Source: Okamejei kenojei
Lineage: Eukaryota
NCBI GenBank assembly: GCA_035221665.1
Contig: CM069159.1
Location: forward strand, 32,364,001-32,428,000
Reading direction: 5' to 3'
DNA length: 64,000 nt
Shown one piece after another: positions 1-13,415 of this stretch. Position 1 is the stretch's first letter; the number at the start of each line of letters is the position of its first letter. The position numbers and the translations under genes are program-made. The notes beneath the pieces were generated by a model. It had not been told where the DNA came from, did not search any database, and was given only the letters and a program-made list of their open reading frames with translations.

Positions 1-1210
1 CTGCTTGCTGTCCCTCTGGTACTCCTCCATTTTCAATTTTTTTGCCTAACAGTGGTGCAATATGCTTTGTTTTCATGTTTATTTACCTGTGTTGATCACT
101 GTGCTTTCTTTCTCTTGTTAATATCTGCGTCATTTACCAAAAAAAAGTGTACGGCCATTTCTTTTAAAGCAAGTTAGATTTTATGGTTTTTATTTCTCAG
201 TCAAGTAGAACCTGTTATGTTACTTTAAGATATGAATTAAATGAACTGTGTTAAAAGGAAATTGTCAAAATAGATGATTTTGTTATATTTGAATTGTAAC
301 TTGCACCTTTGTTAAAGTATTTTACCCTTTTTATGGCATTGTAATTGTGACTTGTTTCCTTGTGCCAGGTGAAACTTGTTAATGTTAACCCTTTGAAATA
401 TCACAGTGCGTATTATGTTTCTATGTCTTTTTTTATATATAAGACACCTAGAGCCTGCCAAAAAAAAAAAAAGACCAGGTTTTGGGCCACTTTCTGAACT
501 CTAAAAATGTATCAGAAAAAATAAATTTAGATTGAAAGATTTATCTGCTTCCAAAAGCATAAGAAGCGGGACTTTGAAAGGAATTTGCACGAATGGATAG
601 AGAGACTACAGCTAACCGAGTCAAGCAGTGTTGAACTGTGATTTTAGTAATCATGGTTTTTTTTTAAAACAAAAAATGTAGCTTAGGACAGAGATTTTTT
701 AGACCTAATTGAAAATTAAAATATCAACCATTTATCTGCTTCTAAACTACATATCTGTCCAACTTTTGTCATTTGTAAATTTTTTTTGTTACATTTATTT
801 GATGAAAAAATGTAAAAAACTTGATATTCAGCTGTTTAACGGGAAGGTACCAAGAAAACACTGAAAGCTTTTATTGTATGTATCTTTTCTTTGTTTACAT
901 GACACTGTACTTATGGGAGAGTCAACTGCCAATCCAAGGAAAAAAATAAGAACAGAAATGCAGTGCCATCTCTCATCTGTAACACATTTTTAATGTTGCT
1001 TTGTATTGTAGTAATCAATACGCAGTATATGTTGAATGTATATTAATATACTTTGCTATTTCTGTTTCGGAAATGTTGAAAGTACTTTTTTCTTGTTTAT
1101 GTTGGACAAAAGTTTCAGTGATCTAGTACACTGTGTGGGTCACTTGCAACTAGTAATTTAGTTGAAAAGTGGGATCATGACAAATAAAACCTATGTAATT
1201 TGACTTGACA
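1..1210 (+). other. Probable AT-rich 3' UTR end of an unidentified upstream gene
   Basis: Repeat-free U-rich sequence with many TGTA motifs, AATAAA at 1183-1188 followed by a T/GT-rich tract; no coding exon visible in the window. Confidence 0.4.
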
Positions 1211-4200
1211 ATTGTTATTATTTCATTAGATTATCATCAACATTGTTTTTTGAGTTTATAATCACATTACACATATATCATAATGCATTCATGTTATTTC
1301 TCGTACAAGTACACTGGGCCAAAATATGTTACTTGTTCTTAGCTTGTCTAATTGTGTTTTGGCACTGGGACACACATGTGATAGTTAATGATAAAAGTCT
1401 GTCCACACATTAAAGCATTTGACACTCTGTCTGAGATGTTAGTGGTCCAATTTGCAATATGTTATGTCCATTTATATTAATCCACAATATTAGATTAAAA
1501 ATTTGAAACGTATCCAAACCACAAATGCTTGCGATAGCTTGAGCGTTTTGTTGCCATGACATTTTTTTTCATCAGTATGTATTTAAATGTTCCTGGACCA
1601 AGGAAGAGCTTGACATAGAATACCCTAGAACACCGAAGTCTGAAACACTTACACAATCTCTTGTAACTTGTTTCCTTTCCCCTCCATTTTAGCTCCTTCA
1701 TTATTCTGTGAAGTTTCAAGTTGGTCTAATTTATTATGCCATTGTCAGATTAGACTGTGCAGATTTAAAATACAATTATTAGGTGTAAGTATCTGCATAC
1801 AAGGAAGAGACAGTAAATGTAACAAATATAGTCATCCATATTCCATTAAATATCCCGAAGTCTGTTATGGGTTTCAAGTTATTAACCCTGCTATTTTTTT
1901 TCTACTCTATGTTGGGGTTTTGTATTCTCTGTGTGATTGCACGGTTTCCTTCAGGTGCTTCAGTTTCCTCCCACACCTCATGGACGTGTAGATTTGTGGG
2001 TTAAGTGGCCACTACAAATCATGGGTGAATTAAAGAAGAAAGTTGATGAGAATGTGGGGAGAAGAACAATTGGAGTAAGTATAAATGGGTTCTTGATTGT
2101 CAGCAAGGACTTGGTGGCAGAACAACCTGTTTGCATGCGGTAAGCTTCCAAGACTTAAAAAAAACTTCAACCATGAACCCGAATTTTGTGTGGATGTATA
2201 ATAATGTTGAATTGGATTTAAACAGTTATTAGAATGAATGATATCAGTTGTGAGACATGCAATTGTTTTCCATGTTTAAAGCTTAAATATGGTCACATTT
2301 AACAGTGCCCACTTCCATATTATTAGATTATTTGTCCAGCATTTAGTACTGTATGGACAGAAATGTTGAGAAGACCAAAACTATTGTTTGAGATCTTTTC
2401 AGAAACCCTGTTCCCTTACTTTTATCTTTAGCCTTAAGCTTTGACCAAAGTGTCAGTCACTGAGACGACCCATGTTGGACTCTGTGAAATCTCTTAGCTA
2501 CAACATTACCTCAAGTCATCTGCTATTGAAACTCTCCGCCATGGCACTGTAACCTTGAGTGTTCTGATGCATTTCTGGTGGCCTCATCTCATCTGCCCTA
2601 TATTTTAAGGTGTATTATCGAGAAAAAGAAATATAGTCATGGATGAGTCCAGTATTGCATCATACTTGCTTCATAATGTCCATAAATGCTTTGATCAGAG
2701 AATTTTTTTTCACATAGTCTCAACCCGAAACGTCACCTATTCCTTCGCTCCAGAGATGGTGCCTCACCCACTGAGTAGTGAATTTCGCCACATTTTTGTC
2801 TACCTTCACTTATCGTACTGCCTTCCAAATTCATCCACCAAATTCCATTGATTTCTTTGGTAAAGTTAGCATTGATTTTAATTCTTGAAAAATACTTTGA
2901 CCAGTGCCATCAAATTAAAAATGCATAAAGTATATTTAAATTTTAAGAAACATATGGAGGCATTGTATGAAGGCAAATCTTTCTCATTTTTCTTTGTTTT
3001 GTGATGTTAAAGGTAGTAGGAGGAACAAATTATAATTATTTTACTGGCAATAGAAATGAAAGTAGAAAGCATAACAAATAACTGCCTACTTTTTAAATTG
3101 GGTTTCGAATAATCTCGGCGAAACCACATTTATTGACCTTTTTTTACTCTTGAAAAGTTAAGGTGATATGCTATCCTGAATGAGTGCTAACTATAGTTCC
3201 TAAATCACTTAAGACATTGAAAGTTTTAGAATGAGCAAATGACAAAGTAGTGATCACATCCCTTCAAGATGCCGGTGAGTTAGTCAGCTTATAAGTTTCC
3301 AGCTCATAGACATAGTGAATCCATTCATAAAATTTGTAATGGTGAAATTGATCTTGCAAATATGTTTGGGTTGTGAGTTCTATATTAGAGACATACCTTG
3401 TTAATACTTGGCTATAGATCAAATAGTCCTGTGTATTTTCATACCTCGTGCCTTCTGATATACCCTCCACCCAACTGCCTTTCCGTTGCAAACCCAGCTG
3501 CAGAATCTTTGCTCTGGGTTCTACTGGTCTCATTCCCGTGAAAATGGACCTCTCACTGGTCAATCTTTTACTCATTATTAACTTGACTGAGATCATAAAA
3601 ACAACAAAGTGCCGGAGGAACAGGCAGGAAGGAATGGACACGCAAAGTTTCAGGTGATTGGAGTAGAGAAGAGAATACAGGAACTTCTCTCTCCTACTTT
3701 CTCCCCTCTTTCTCTAGCTTTCTCTCCCTACTCCAGTTAGTCTGCAACTGTGTACTTTGATGAAAATATGACTATGAACCCATGGTTCTAGACCTTTGAC
3801 ATGGCCTGTCCATTCCCTCCTCGGATGCTGCCTGACCAGATTAGATCCTCCAGCACTTTGTATTTTTTGCTACAAGATTCCAGCATCTGCCATCTCCTGT
3901 GTCGTCTTAACTGAGAACATTCCTGAAATGGAAGTGTGGTCAGATCTGTTTGGAAAATGAAATTGTAGGAATTGCCACTCAACATTGATGTTTCCCAAAG
4001 CTAAAACAGGACTGCACTGCAGAGTATTTGTAATCTTGTAACAGATTATGTAAAAATCTTTGTACAAAATCTTGAATGTTTTTCATGCATTTTGATATGG
4101 ATTAGATAATTGTGTGTAAGAGATTTTTAATTTGACATGTCAATTGTCAGGGCTTGCAAGAATCGTGTTCATAATCCTTTATGCAGCCACTTGTACTGTA

Positions 4201-5456
4201 GATATATGCTGTGCTTGGTCATGGGTGTTGCGTGTTGTAGTTTTAGGATTTCTTCAAAAAGAAAACTTGTTTGCATGATGCAAGATTGTTAAGGATAGAA
4301 AATGCTTGCTCCCCACAAAGTGTGCTGTTAATGAGAGTTTGTGGCAAAATTCTTGAATGTGGAGAAGGCGTTCCTAACAAAACGCCCAATGTCAAGTCAT
4401 GTGTTTTGATCTGGTCATAGATGTCCTAATGTGGCTGTATGTCCTAATCCATTTTTCTATGATCATGGGTATTTGAAAATAAAAGCTGGTTTTCAATAAC
4501 AAAAATGCCGAATTATTTAAATAAACTGGAACAAAAAGACTGAAGGTGATTTATAGAAAACTGTGTTTCAAATGTTCAAAGATGACCAGACTTTATTAGA
4601 TCTTTTAAAGGTAGTTCTATACAATTGACAAGGTTGAAAATTACTGCGGTATCTAATCTTGTCCTGTACAGATTGATAATTGTTCTTAAACTGCTGATTC
4701 GACATGTTGGTTAATAACTGAGAGAAGTAGCAGACTGATTGCAGTGTTATAATAATGCCAAATATAAGTGCCCGTAAAATAAAAGTCAGTAATACGAACG
4801 CAGTGAACTTGGTGCACCATTCTCACTCCTCAGCTCAGGAAGCTAATTGCACTCTGCAGCAAATTTTGATACTGATTTTGCAACATAAAGCCTGATGCTC
4901 ATGCAGAGTGGATAATAAGGTACAATGAAACACGGTGACACATAAGGCCAGCAGTAACACAATACACTCTGCTATCAGTGTTTCAGAAACGGGTGGCTGT
5001 ATCCGCTACTATAGACTGTATACAGTCCAATATTAATTTCCAGAGTTTTTTTGCATTTGTTTAAATGTCTATTGTTGGTAATTGCCTTGGAGTAATTATA
5101 TGATCATTAATGGAAGGGTGTTGGAGCTTAAGGATGTGATGATTTGTTTGCCTTTATTTAAGGTTAATGATTCAGTCCCTGAATTTCCTTGGGGCTTCTA
5201 CTGCACTCATGCCACAAATCAACAGACCAGTCGAAACCTTACTGAATGGACGAGGACTTCTTGCGGGAGTGTTCCATTTGTCTTGAAATATGATTTTGTT
5301 GCATGGTACTTGGAAGGTAAATAACAGCAAGGTGTTGGCGTTAACAGCAGGAATATGGAGTGCAACTGCTTGGAGTCAGAATCAGCAAGTCCAGTGGGCT
5401 AAATGAGTTGTGGTCTATATGACTGAAGGTGGACCTTTAGGATCCATTCCATGAGT

Positions 5457-5663
5457 GGCCTTCACTGAACCCTTCAAGCACAAATCTGAGAGTCTTTGGG
5501 AATTGGAACCCATTCTCAGTCAGCAAAGAAAGGACGATTTGGAGAACACCAGGCATTATTTTTGGCAGCAGTGATGTACTTGTAATAACTCGTTCCTACC
5601 TTGAAAATGGGTGCCAATCCCCCCAAACTCTCATATTTGTGCTTGAAGGGTTCAGTGAAGGCC
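5457..5663. repeat. Long imperfect inverted repeat (hairpin or MITE-like)
   Basis: 5457-5518 (ggccttcactgaacccttcaagcacaaat...) is the reverse complement of 5602-5663 with few mismatches; spacer ~83 bp. Confidence 0.85.
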
Positions 5664-5919
5664 GCTAGGTTACCTTCCCATTGATCTTGCATTCTAGCAT
5701 GCTCAGTACTGTAAGGCATGAGTGGATGAGCTTGGTTTCCTCGTTGGATCACTTTTTCCAGGGTCATTTGTCTTCACGAATCTGAGGCAGCTGGTCAATG
5801 TACAACCACATTTTATGCGGCATTGCATTGACTCATTATGGATTAGACAATATCTTTCCAAATAGGACCCAGGCAAATTAATAGCTTTTGATGAGATCAA
5901 CAAGGAAAACAAAATCTTC

Positions 5920-5920
<1 letters not shown>

Positions 5921-5952
<32 letters not shown>
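5921..5952. repeat. (AAT)n microsatellite
   Basis: Direct reading. Confidence 0.95.
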
Positions 5953-5954
<2 letters not shown>

Positions 5955-8059
5955 ATACGTTTATTGGCCTCTCTCTGGGTTCCTTTCTCTAATTAATATT
6001 GATAACTATTGATGAATTTTCTGAAAGATTAGCCGTGATGTCTTGCAGGTTAAATATACCTTTGTATACATGGGTTCTAACTGTGAAGAAGCACGAGGAT
6101 GCACACAATCCATCTTGATATAATTGTGGGAAGAAATAAACAATTAATAGAAATGTTAGCATGGCTGTGACAAGTGAAATAGCTGAGATAATGCAGAGAA
6201 ATACAGTTAAAAGAACCCAATACCATTCTGATAGGAGGAAAATCATTAAGCATCATCTCTTGAAATGACCCTTCATGTGGTCAGTTGATCATTACCCTAC
6301 TATGGTGTTTGTTGGAAGTTGAGAACTCTGGCCATTGATCCCTGTACTTCCACATAAGTAAAGGTTTATAGTTCTCTTCTTTATCAGATGAGATAACTAC
6401 TGAATGATATATACTGGATTGGAATCTAGGCAAAGAGGCAAAGTACAGCAACAAGCAACTTGAATGGATATAGGTGAAAGATAATTGATTTCTCGAGTCA
6501 CAATCCTTTGACTTTTTATATGTTAGAAATTTTAAGATAATATGCTTGAGAATAATATTGACAAAGTAGTTAAGTGTCCCATTATAGAAACGTTGCTTAT
6601 ATTTTTAGTTATGTTGTTAAAGTATTTTATTTTGCAAAAATGTCTACTGAAAATCAAATTTCAGCTAGAATTGTTCACGACCTGTACTATGAGATGTGAA
6701 AATCTTTGTTTTAAAACTATTTTATGATTTGAATTTAGTTAATCTAAAGGACTTTGGGGAGGGAGGTTATTTTTGTTGAATATACTCAGATTATATGGCA
6801 TAAGATTGATGGCCAAGTGTCCTACTGGTCTATTTATTTTGTGAATCTCCTGGTTTTTTTTCACCAATAAGGAGATTGAACTAGTGAACTCATACAATAC
6901 ATTTTGCTTGGTTTAAGGATTTTATATTTCACTTGATTCATTTGATGCGCTCTTAGAAGGTAAACTTGTAATTCAAGTTAACACTTGAGGAAATGCTGCA
7001 ATTTCATTCAGAGGTGTTGGCCTTGAATTATTAAACCAAAAGCCATGTTGTTCTAGTAGTTGTTAGTAATAGTAGTAGACATGTAATCTGTTATTCTACT
7101 TTGCAGGTACTATTGCAATGTTTAAGAAACATTCAGATAGGTACATGGATAGGATAGGCTTAGAGGGATGCAGGACAAACTACAACTCCTCCCCCTCTGT
7201 CATGGGGTAGGTAGACTGAGATCAAGTTTCAACCCCCCACCCCAATCTTTGCACATCCCCAATCCTTTCCACTCGTCACTTTAACCTCTTGTTCCATGTA
7301 TTTTGTGTTTTTATGACTGCTGGCAGATTAATTTCCCTCCTGGGATAAATAAAGTTCTATCGGATTGTATATTGGCCAAATACAGGCAGATGGGACTAGT
7401 GTCAATGGGGCATGTTGGTCAGTGTGGGCAAGTTGGGCTGAAGGGCCTGTTTCCATGCTCTAGGACTGGAGTGAAGCATATGGGTCTTGTGGCACCTTTA
7501 GAATTGTCTCAAGCAATTGATCATTCGTGTCCATACAGTTTAAGAGAGTTTACAGTCGTATTTGCATGTACAGCATGTTCAGCGTGATTAATTTTACAAA
7601 AAACATTTTGAGACGTTCCTGCGAGTTTTGATAATACTCCTCCTCATTGTTGAGACTTAGTCTTGCTTTTTAAAAGGATTTTTTCTTGTGAGTGAGCAGT
7701 GCAAGATAAAGTGAAAACTTGTTTTAGGCTAATTATTGAATAAAAGTAATTCAGAAAAAAATCCTAGTTATGATCAAGATTCACTTTCATATAATTTGTG
7801 AGACCCCAAAAGATGTTTTAAAAAAAAATCAAACTTCTAGGTGAGGTGATGTTGTTTTTTCATGAAATGTATTGAATGTTCTTCTTGAGTATGGCGTGCA
7901 CAGCCTAAAGTTGTAGATCAACTTGTTCTATTTGATCTAATTGTCTGTGCACGACGGGTTGATTGCATTAATCAAAACAAGCTGGACCATGTAAAGGTTG
8001 CAATCTTCCACCCCATTAAACACTCTGGAAACTAGCTATTAAAATCCTGACCAAGTTTA

Positions 8060-8367
8060 AGGGCCTGTCCCACTGTACGAGGTAATTCAAGAGTTCTCCC
8101 GAGTTTCCCCTGATTCAAACTCGGAGAATTACGGTAATAGCCGTTCGTAGACACTCGGGGCTCTCGTGGACATTTTTCAACATGTTGAAAAAACTTCACG
8201 AGCTTAGCGCGTTTCCCGAGTACCTGCCGTTAGCTTTACGAGCCGCTAAGAGACGTCCACGAGCTCTGACGTACCCGCTACGTACATTCTACGTGCTTAC
8301 CATGAGTTTGATTTTTTTTTTAACTCGGGAGAACTCTTGGGTAAACTCATATAGTGGGACAGGCCCT
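8060..8367. mobile_element. PIF/Harbinger-type MITE
   Basis: TIR agggcctgtcccact...agtgggacaggccct, flanked by TTA on both sides; related copy at 60989-61308. Confidence 0.85.
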
Positions 8368-8547
8368 TTAAAGTTATTTTTCTGTTAATGGTATGATCAA
8401 GGAGCAATTTACTATCAATGAAAAATCGACTATTTTTTTTCTTACTCCTCTTGCCCTCCTTTCTTTCACGTATTAATATTAACAATCATATCTCATAGAA
8501 TGTTATTTCCGAGTCTGGGTGTTTTCTGTTGGAAGGATATTTAGACT

Positions 8548-8845
8548 TTACTTTAGACTTTAGAGATACAGTGTGGAAACAAGCCATTGAGTCTGTGCTG
8601 ACGAGTGATCACCCCATATACTTGCACTATTCCTAACACTGGGGATAATTTACAATTTACAGAAGCCAATTAACCTACAAACCTGTATGTCTTTGAAGTG
8701 TGGGAGGAAACCAGAGCACGTGGAGAAAATCCACACGGTCACAGAGAGAGAACATACAAACTCTGTACAGACTGCACCCGTAATTGTGATCAAACCCAGG
8801 TCTCTGGCGCTGTGAGGCATTTACTCTACCACTGCATCACTGTGC
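8548..8845 (-). mobile_element. tRNA-derived SINE (HE1/V-SINE-like)
   Basis: Reverse complement of the tRNA-like head, V-SINE-like core (ggtttcctcccaca) and ctaaa-type tail shared by many copies in the window. Confidence 0.75.
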
Positions 8846-9371
8846 TACAATTTGGCGGCTTTACTTTGGTCTGAATTTCCCTATCCTAAACCAATACCTA
8901 CAAAAAGCAGAATTCTGCTGATGTTGCAAATCTAAAATGTTTAGATAATTGTTCTGGAAATGCACAATGAGTCATGGAAGAATATATAAAAAGAAGTCAG
9001 GTTGTATGTCAGTGACCTCTCATCACAGGTGATGAACTATCACCTGAAAATGTTAGCTCTGTTTCTCTGCAAATACTTCAAGACACGCTGGGCATATTTC
9101 TAGCATTGTCATTTTTAATAAATAGTCACTAGTTAAGATGCGGAGTGACAAATCTTATTTTCCCCCCCAGCCTAGCAAGAGATGCTGAAGGAAATTACAT
9201 TGAAACCTGAAACTTTTCTCGAACACCAGGCAACACATAACTGAGCTTGCACTAATAGAACTAATTCAATCCTTTTGTCCTTCATAAGCCTGCAGAGACT
9301 GAGTGTGTAATCTTGTTGATATGACAAAAATGTTCCATTCAGAAATTCTAAATGATTTTATTTCTTTACAG

Positions 9372-9412
9372 TGTCTAAGCCAACAGCCATCATGAAGGCA
9401 GCATAACTACAG
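9372..9412 (+). pseudogene. Candidate signal-peptide exon of the ApoA-IV-like gene, apparently internally deleted (ATG AAG GCA GCA TAA)
   Basis: Acceptor tttctttacag, Kozak-like ccatcATG, MKAA start typical of ApoA proteins, ends ...actacag|gtgacc like other apo signal exons, but only 21 coding nt and an in-frame stop (expected ~43 nt, phase 1). Confidence 0.5.
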
Positions 9413-10616
9413 GTGACCAGAACTGGGTACAGATTATAGATTTTGATTTAAATTAAACATGCTGAAAGGTTTTGATGGCATGAAGAAATCTATAACCTTG
9501 TTATCAGCACTCCTTTTTATCTACTCTACTACAGTATCTGTATTCAAGTGTATTATTTGGTGGCCAACAGAATAAGGTAATACATATTTTTATTGCTTTT
9601 ATTCACTTTGTTATTAAAAATAGTTTTTCAACAAGCTGATTCAAAAGTAAATTCAATTCAAATGCAGAATCTTGTGCACCACCAGACTGAGAAACATTCT
9701 TCTTTCAATTTGTTACCATAGAGGGTGCTGTCTGATGTGGATATTAAATTGAACAAGGTTCTGCACTCCATATACTAAAGTATTTGATGATCCATACAAA
9801 CTGATATGTCTGATCTGTTTCGGGATGGTGTATTGACAATAATAAAACCTAAACCTTGAACTTTTGGACTCTAAGTGGATAATTATCTTTGAATTTGGAG
9901 TGAGGTCTCCACCTCAGTCTACTCCCTTGCGGTCTCCACCTGGAGCACCTTTTTCATTTCACTCATGTCAGCATCATTTCAATCTACTACGCAGCACAAT
10001 TAAGAACTACCTCACCGTAAGTTTACGTTCTCCCTTGTGAGATTTCTATATGCAATTGGCCTTTGTAAATTACCCTTAATGTGTCGGGAGTGGATAAGAA
10101 AGTGGGATAACATAGAGCTAGGTGAACAGGTGATCAGTGGCCAGGCTCGGACTCAGTGGGCCGAAGGGCTTGTTTACGTGCTGTATCTTTCAATCAATTC
10201 AATAAAAAATCCAATTGAAAATTTATGATGAAAGGGAAGGGAAAAGATCCTAACCTATACAACATTTACCATTCAATCAACCTCATTGCCCTTGCAGTTT
10301 GTGGAATATGTAAATTGACTCCCTTGTTCCCAGCGTTACAACAGCTGCTACACTTGAAACATTCTCTATCATCTGTAAAGCACTCTGGAACACATGGATG
10401 TTGCCAATCTTTGGATGGTCTTCCAAAAATATTTTATAAATGCTCAAAACATCAGACATCTGGTGAAAATGGGATAAAAGAGTATATTTGAAAAAAAATA
10501 TATTAAATCTAAATTAGTTATATGAATATACATTAAATATAAATAAAAATAAAATATTGTTGTGACCTTGTTTAGTATTTACCAGTGCACCCTTTATGTC
10601 ATTTTCCTTCGTACAG

Positions 10617-10767
10617 AAACTCATAGTGCAGTCTTGAGGAAAGATAACCTGCAAACCAATTGGGGTAGAGATAGAGGTTCGCTGCATAACCACCTCAACC
10701 AAATGAGTGACACAGCTAGAGATGCCTTTGAACAGATAAATAACTCTAAGATCGGCAAGCAGCTTAA
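10617..10767 (+). CDS. apoa4: Apolipoprotein A-IV/A-I-like, internal coding exon (phase 1-2)
   Basis: Acceptor ttccttcgtacag, donor aa|gtaagt; translates (E)THSAVLRKD...ARDAFEQINNSKIGKQL, matching the ApoA exon-3 end (...GKQLN). Confidence 0.8.
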
Positions 10768-11737
10768 GTAAGTGCTGATATTCCATCAAATCATTTGGTT
10801 ATTTCATAAAATAACAATGAAGATAAAAAGTGGAGGTTTTTCTACTGAATATACACACAAAGTGCTGTCGTAACTCAGCGGGTCAGGCAACATCGCTGGA
10901 GATAAAGGATGGGTGAAATTTCTGGTTGGGACCAGAAGAAGAGTCCCAACCCGAAATGTCGGCCATCGTTTTTCTCCAGAGATGCTGCCTGACCCGATGT
11001 TACTTTGGATCTATCTTCGGTATAATCCAACATCTGCAGTTCCTTTCTACACAGAGGTTATTCTACTGTTCAGTGAGATCCTACCAGATCTGTGACCTGA
11101 CTACATGTCCTGTCTTTTTCTCAACCTTGGAGATCAAAGATTTAAAATTAATTATTGACTGAGCGATTGCTGTTTTCTGGATTACCATTGCCCTTTGTTC
11201 ATGGAAATGTTTCCCAACTTAATATGTTCTGTAATTTATAGACTTTGCACTTTGCCCGAGAATCTCCAATCAGCATGTCATCGTGTTATGTTGGTTCTCT
11301 TTACTCTAAACCTGTTTAGTTTAGAGATACAGCGTGGAAATAGGCCATTTGGCCTACCGAGTCCGTGCCGACCTTGTACACTAACACTATCTACATGCAC
11401 CAGTGACAATTTATTATTTAACCAAGCCAATTAGCCTACAAACCTGTATGTCTTACATGATGTATTTTTATTAATGTAAAGTATAGTACTGCAATGGTAT
11501 TGATTCTTCAGCCCACAACATCCGTACCAAACATGAGGCCTGGTTAAACTAATTTCATCTGCCAGAACATGATTCATATCCCTCATTATCCATGTGCCTA
11601 TCCAAAAGCCTCTTAAAAAGCACTATTGTATCTACTTCTACCACTACCCGAGATAGCGCATTCCATGCACCCAGCATTCTCTGTGTGAAAAAAACATTCT
11701 CTGCATATCTAACCGTTAATCTTTGTTTCCTATGTAG

Positions 11738-12272
11738 CCTCAGGATTTCAGAGAACTTGGGGAATCTCGGTGTCTATGTGGCGGAGCTGCAGAAGATAGT
11801 AATTCCTCTATCGGATGATATTCATGAAAGATTCCAGACAGACAGCGCAAAGCTCGAGGAGAAGTTTCGGGAGGGCTTGAAAGAGTTCAAAGCTAAAGTC
11901 CTTCAGTACACTGAAGGTCTCCACAACAAAGTCAGCCATAATGTTGACGAGTACTGTATCATGCTAGGTCCTCTAGCTGACAATCTTAAAGAGAATGCCA
12001 AGGGATTCCAGCAAAAGTTGACCCCGTTAGCTGAAGAGCTTCAGGAGAAGATGAGGACCAACATTGAAGACTTTAACAAGAATGCAAGCCCATATGCTAA
12101 ATCAGTTCATGAGATGGTCAACCAGCAACTGGAAACCTTGCAACAGAATACTTCTCCTTACACCAGGAAATTCAAAGAACTGTTCTATGAATGCTTTCAA
12201 CATTTGAGAGTGAGATTCACCCATTTATCCCCAGACATGCAGGAGTGTCTCACTCACAAGTTGAAAACTTAG
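11738..12272 (+). CDS. apoa4: Apolipoprotein A-IV/A-I-like, last coding exon (amphipathic 22-mer repeats)
   Basis: Acceptor tttcctatgtag; (N)LRISENLGNLGVYVAELQKIVIPLSDDIHERFQTDSAKL... aligns by eye with ApoA-IV; Pro-punctuated repeats (LGPLA, LTPLA, ASPYA, TSPYT); in frame with the previous exon. Confidence 0.85.
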
Positions 12273-12884
12273 AAAGCAGTTCAATATCTTGATGGAATGC
12301 ATTTTGTCAAAAGTTTAGTTAAAGACAGATGAAAAATGCGAGTAACTAAAATGGTTCTTTAGGTCAACTGCTTTTGGTCTTGCATCACTTCCCTTCCAAT
12401 GTTTACATTAATACAATGATGTAGATTTTATTTATTCAATGAAACAAGAAACAGAAGTACTGTCTTAACAAACCTGTACCTATCCTTTTAAGAAAAATGT
12501 AACATGGAATGTTCATATTTCTATGAAAGCTGTTGTCACAAAGAACATTTCCATTGGCTATTACTAACTATCTGGGTGTTGGAGGAATGATGTTATAAAT
12601 ATGCCATGACTTTAAAAAGTCCACAATTATAGATTACCATATGATGGCCAACCTGAACACTCTTTGCCATTTGATTTACAGCCCCATTAATGTGATTTAA
12701 TGCACATAATAAAGTTGAAGAGGGGGTTTCAGTAGCTTTGCTTAACTGCAGACTTCATCGACAATTATCCGCAACATGTTCATGTGGATATCATTTCATC
12801 TGAACTCAACTGATCAATACTCGGTATCTGCTTATCCCACTTTATCCACTTGCAATCAGAAACAGGAATGTTTTATACTGTGAT

Positions 12885-13112
12885 GGACACAAAGTGCTGG
12901 AGTAACTCAGCAGGTCAGGCAGCATCTCTGAAGGAAAAGGATGGGTGACGTTTCGGGTCGAAACCATTTCTCCAGATACCTTCCCTAGATTTCCACCGAA
13001 AATGTCAGCCATCCTATATCTCCAGAGATGCTGCCTGACACGCTGAGTTACTCCAGCAATTTGTGTCCATGTTGCAGGCCATAATGTCGGTATAGACCAG
13101 CATCTGCAGTTC
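12885..13112. mobile_element. Short palindromic Penelope-like terminal repeat (inverted pair)
   Basis: ctggagtaactcagcaggtcaggcagcatctct followed by its inverted copy and a cagcatctgcagttc tail; family recurs ~20 times in the window. Confidence 0.6.
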
Positions 13113-13144
13113 CTCCCTATTCAAGTTTATACAATGAACTTTGA

Positions 13145-13415
13145 GGCACAGCGGTGCAGCTGGTAGAGCTGCTGCCTCACAGGGATCCAGGTTCGATCAT
13201 GACCTTGGTTGCTGTCTGTACGGAGTTTTCATGTTCTCCCTGCGACCACATGGGTTTTCTCCAGGTGTTCCAGTTTCCACCCACGTCCCGAAGACATGTG
13301 GGATTGTAGGTTAATTGGCCTGAAAATGGGATAATATCGAACCCGTGTGAACAAGTGATAGATGGTTGGTGTGGACCTGGTGGGCCGAAGGCCTTTTTCC
13401 GTGCAGTACCTTTGA
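13145..13415 (+). mobile_element. tRNA-derived SINE (HE1/V-SINE-like)
   Basis: ggcacagcggtgcagctggtagagc...ggttcgatc A/B-box head; paralogous copy at ~27237-27510. Confidence 0.75.

Noticed and set aside
11592-11737. N-terminal part of the 226-aa ORF as coding
   Set aside because: It is reverse CR1-derived intron sequence; the exon starts at the acceptor at 11738
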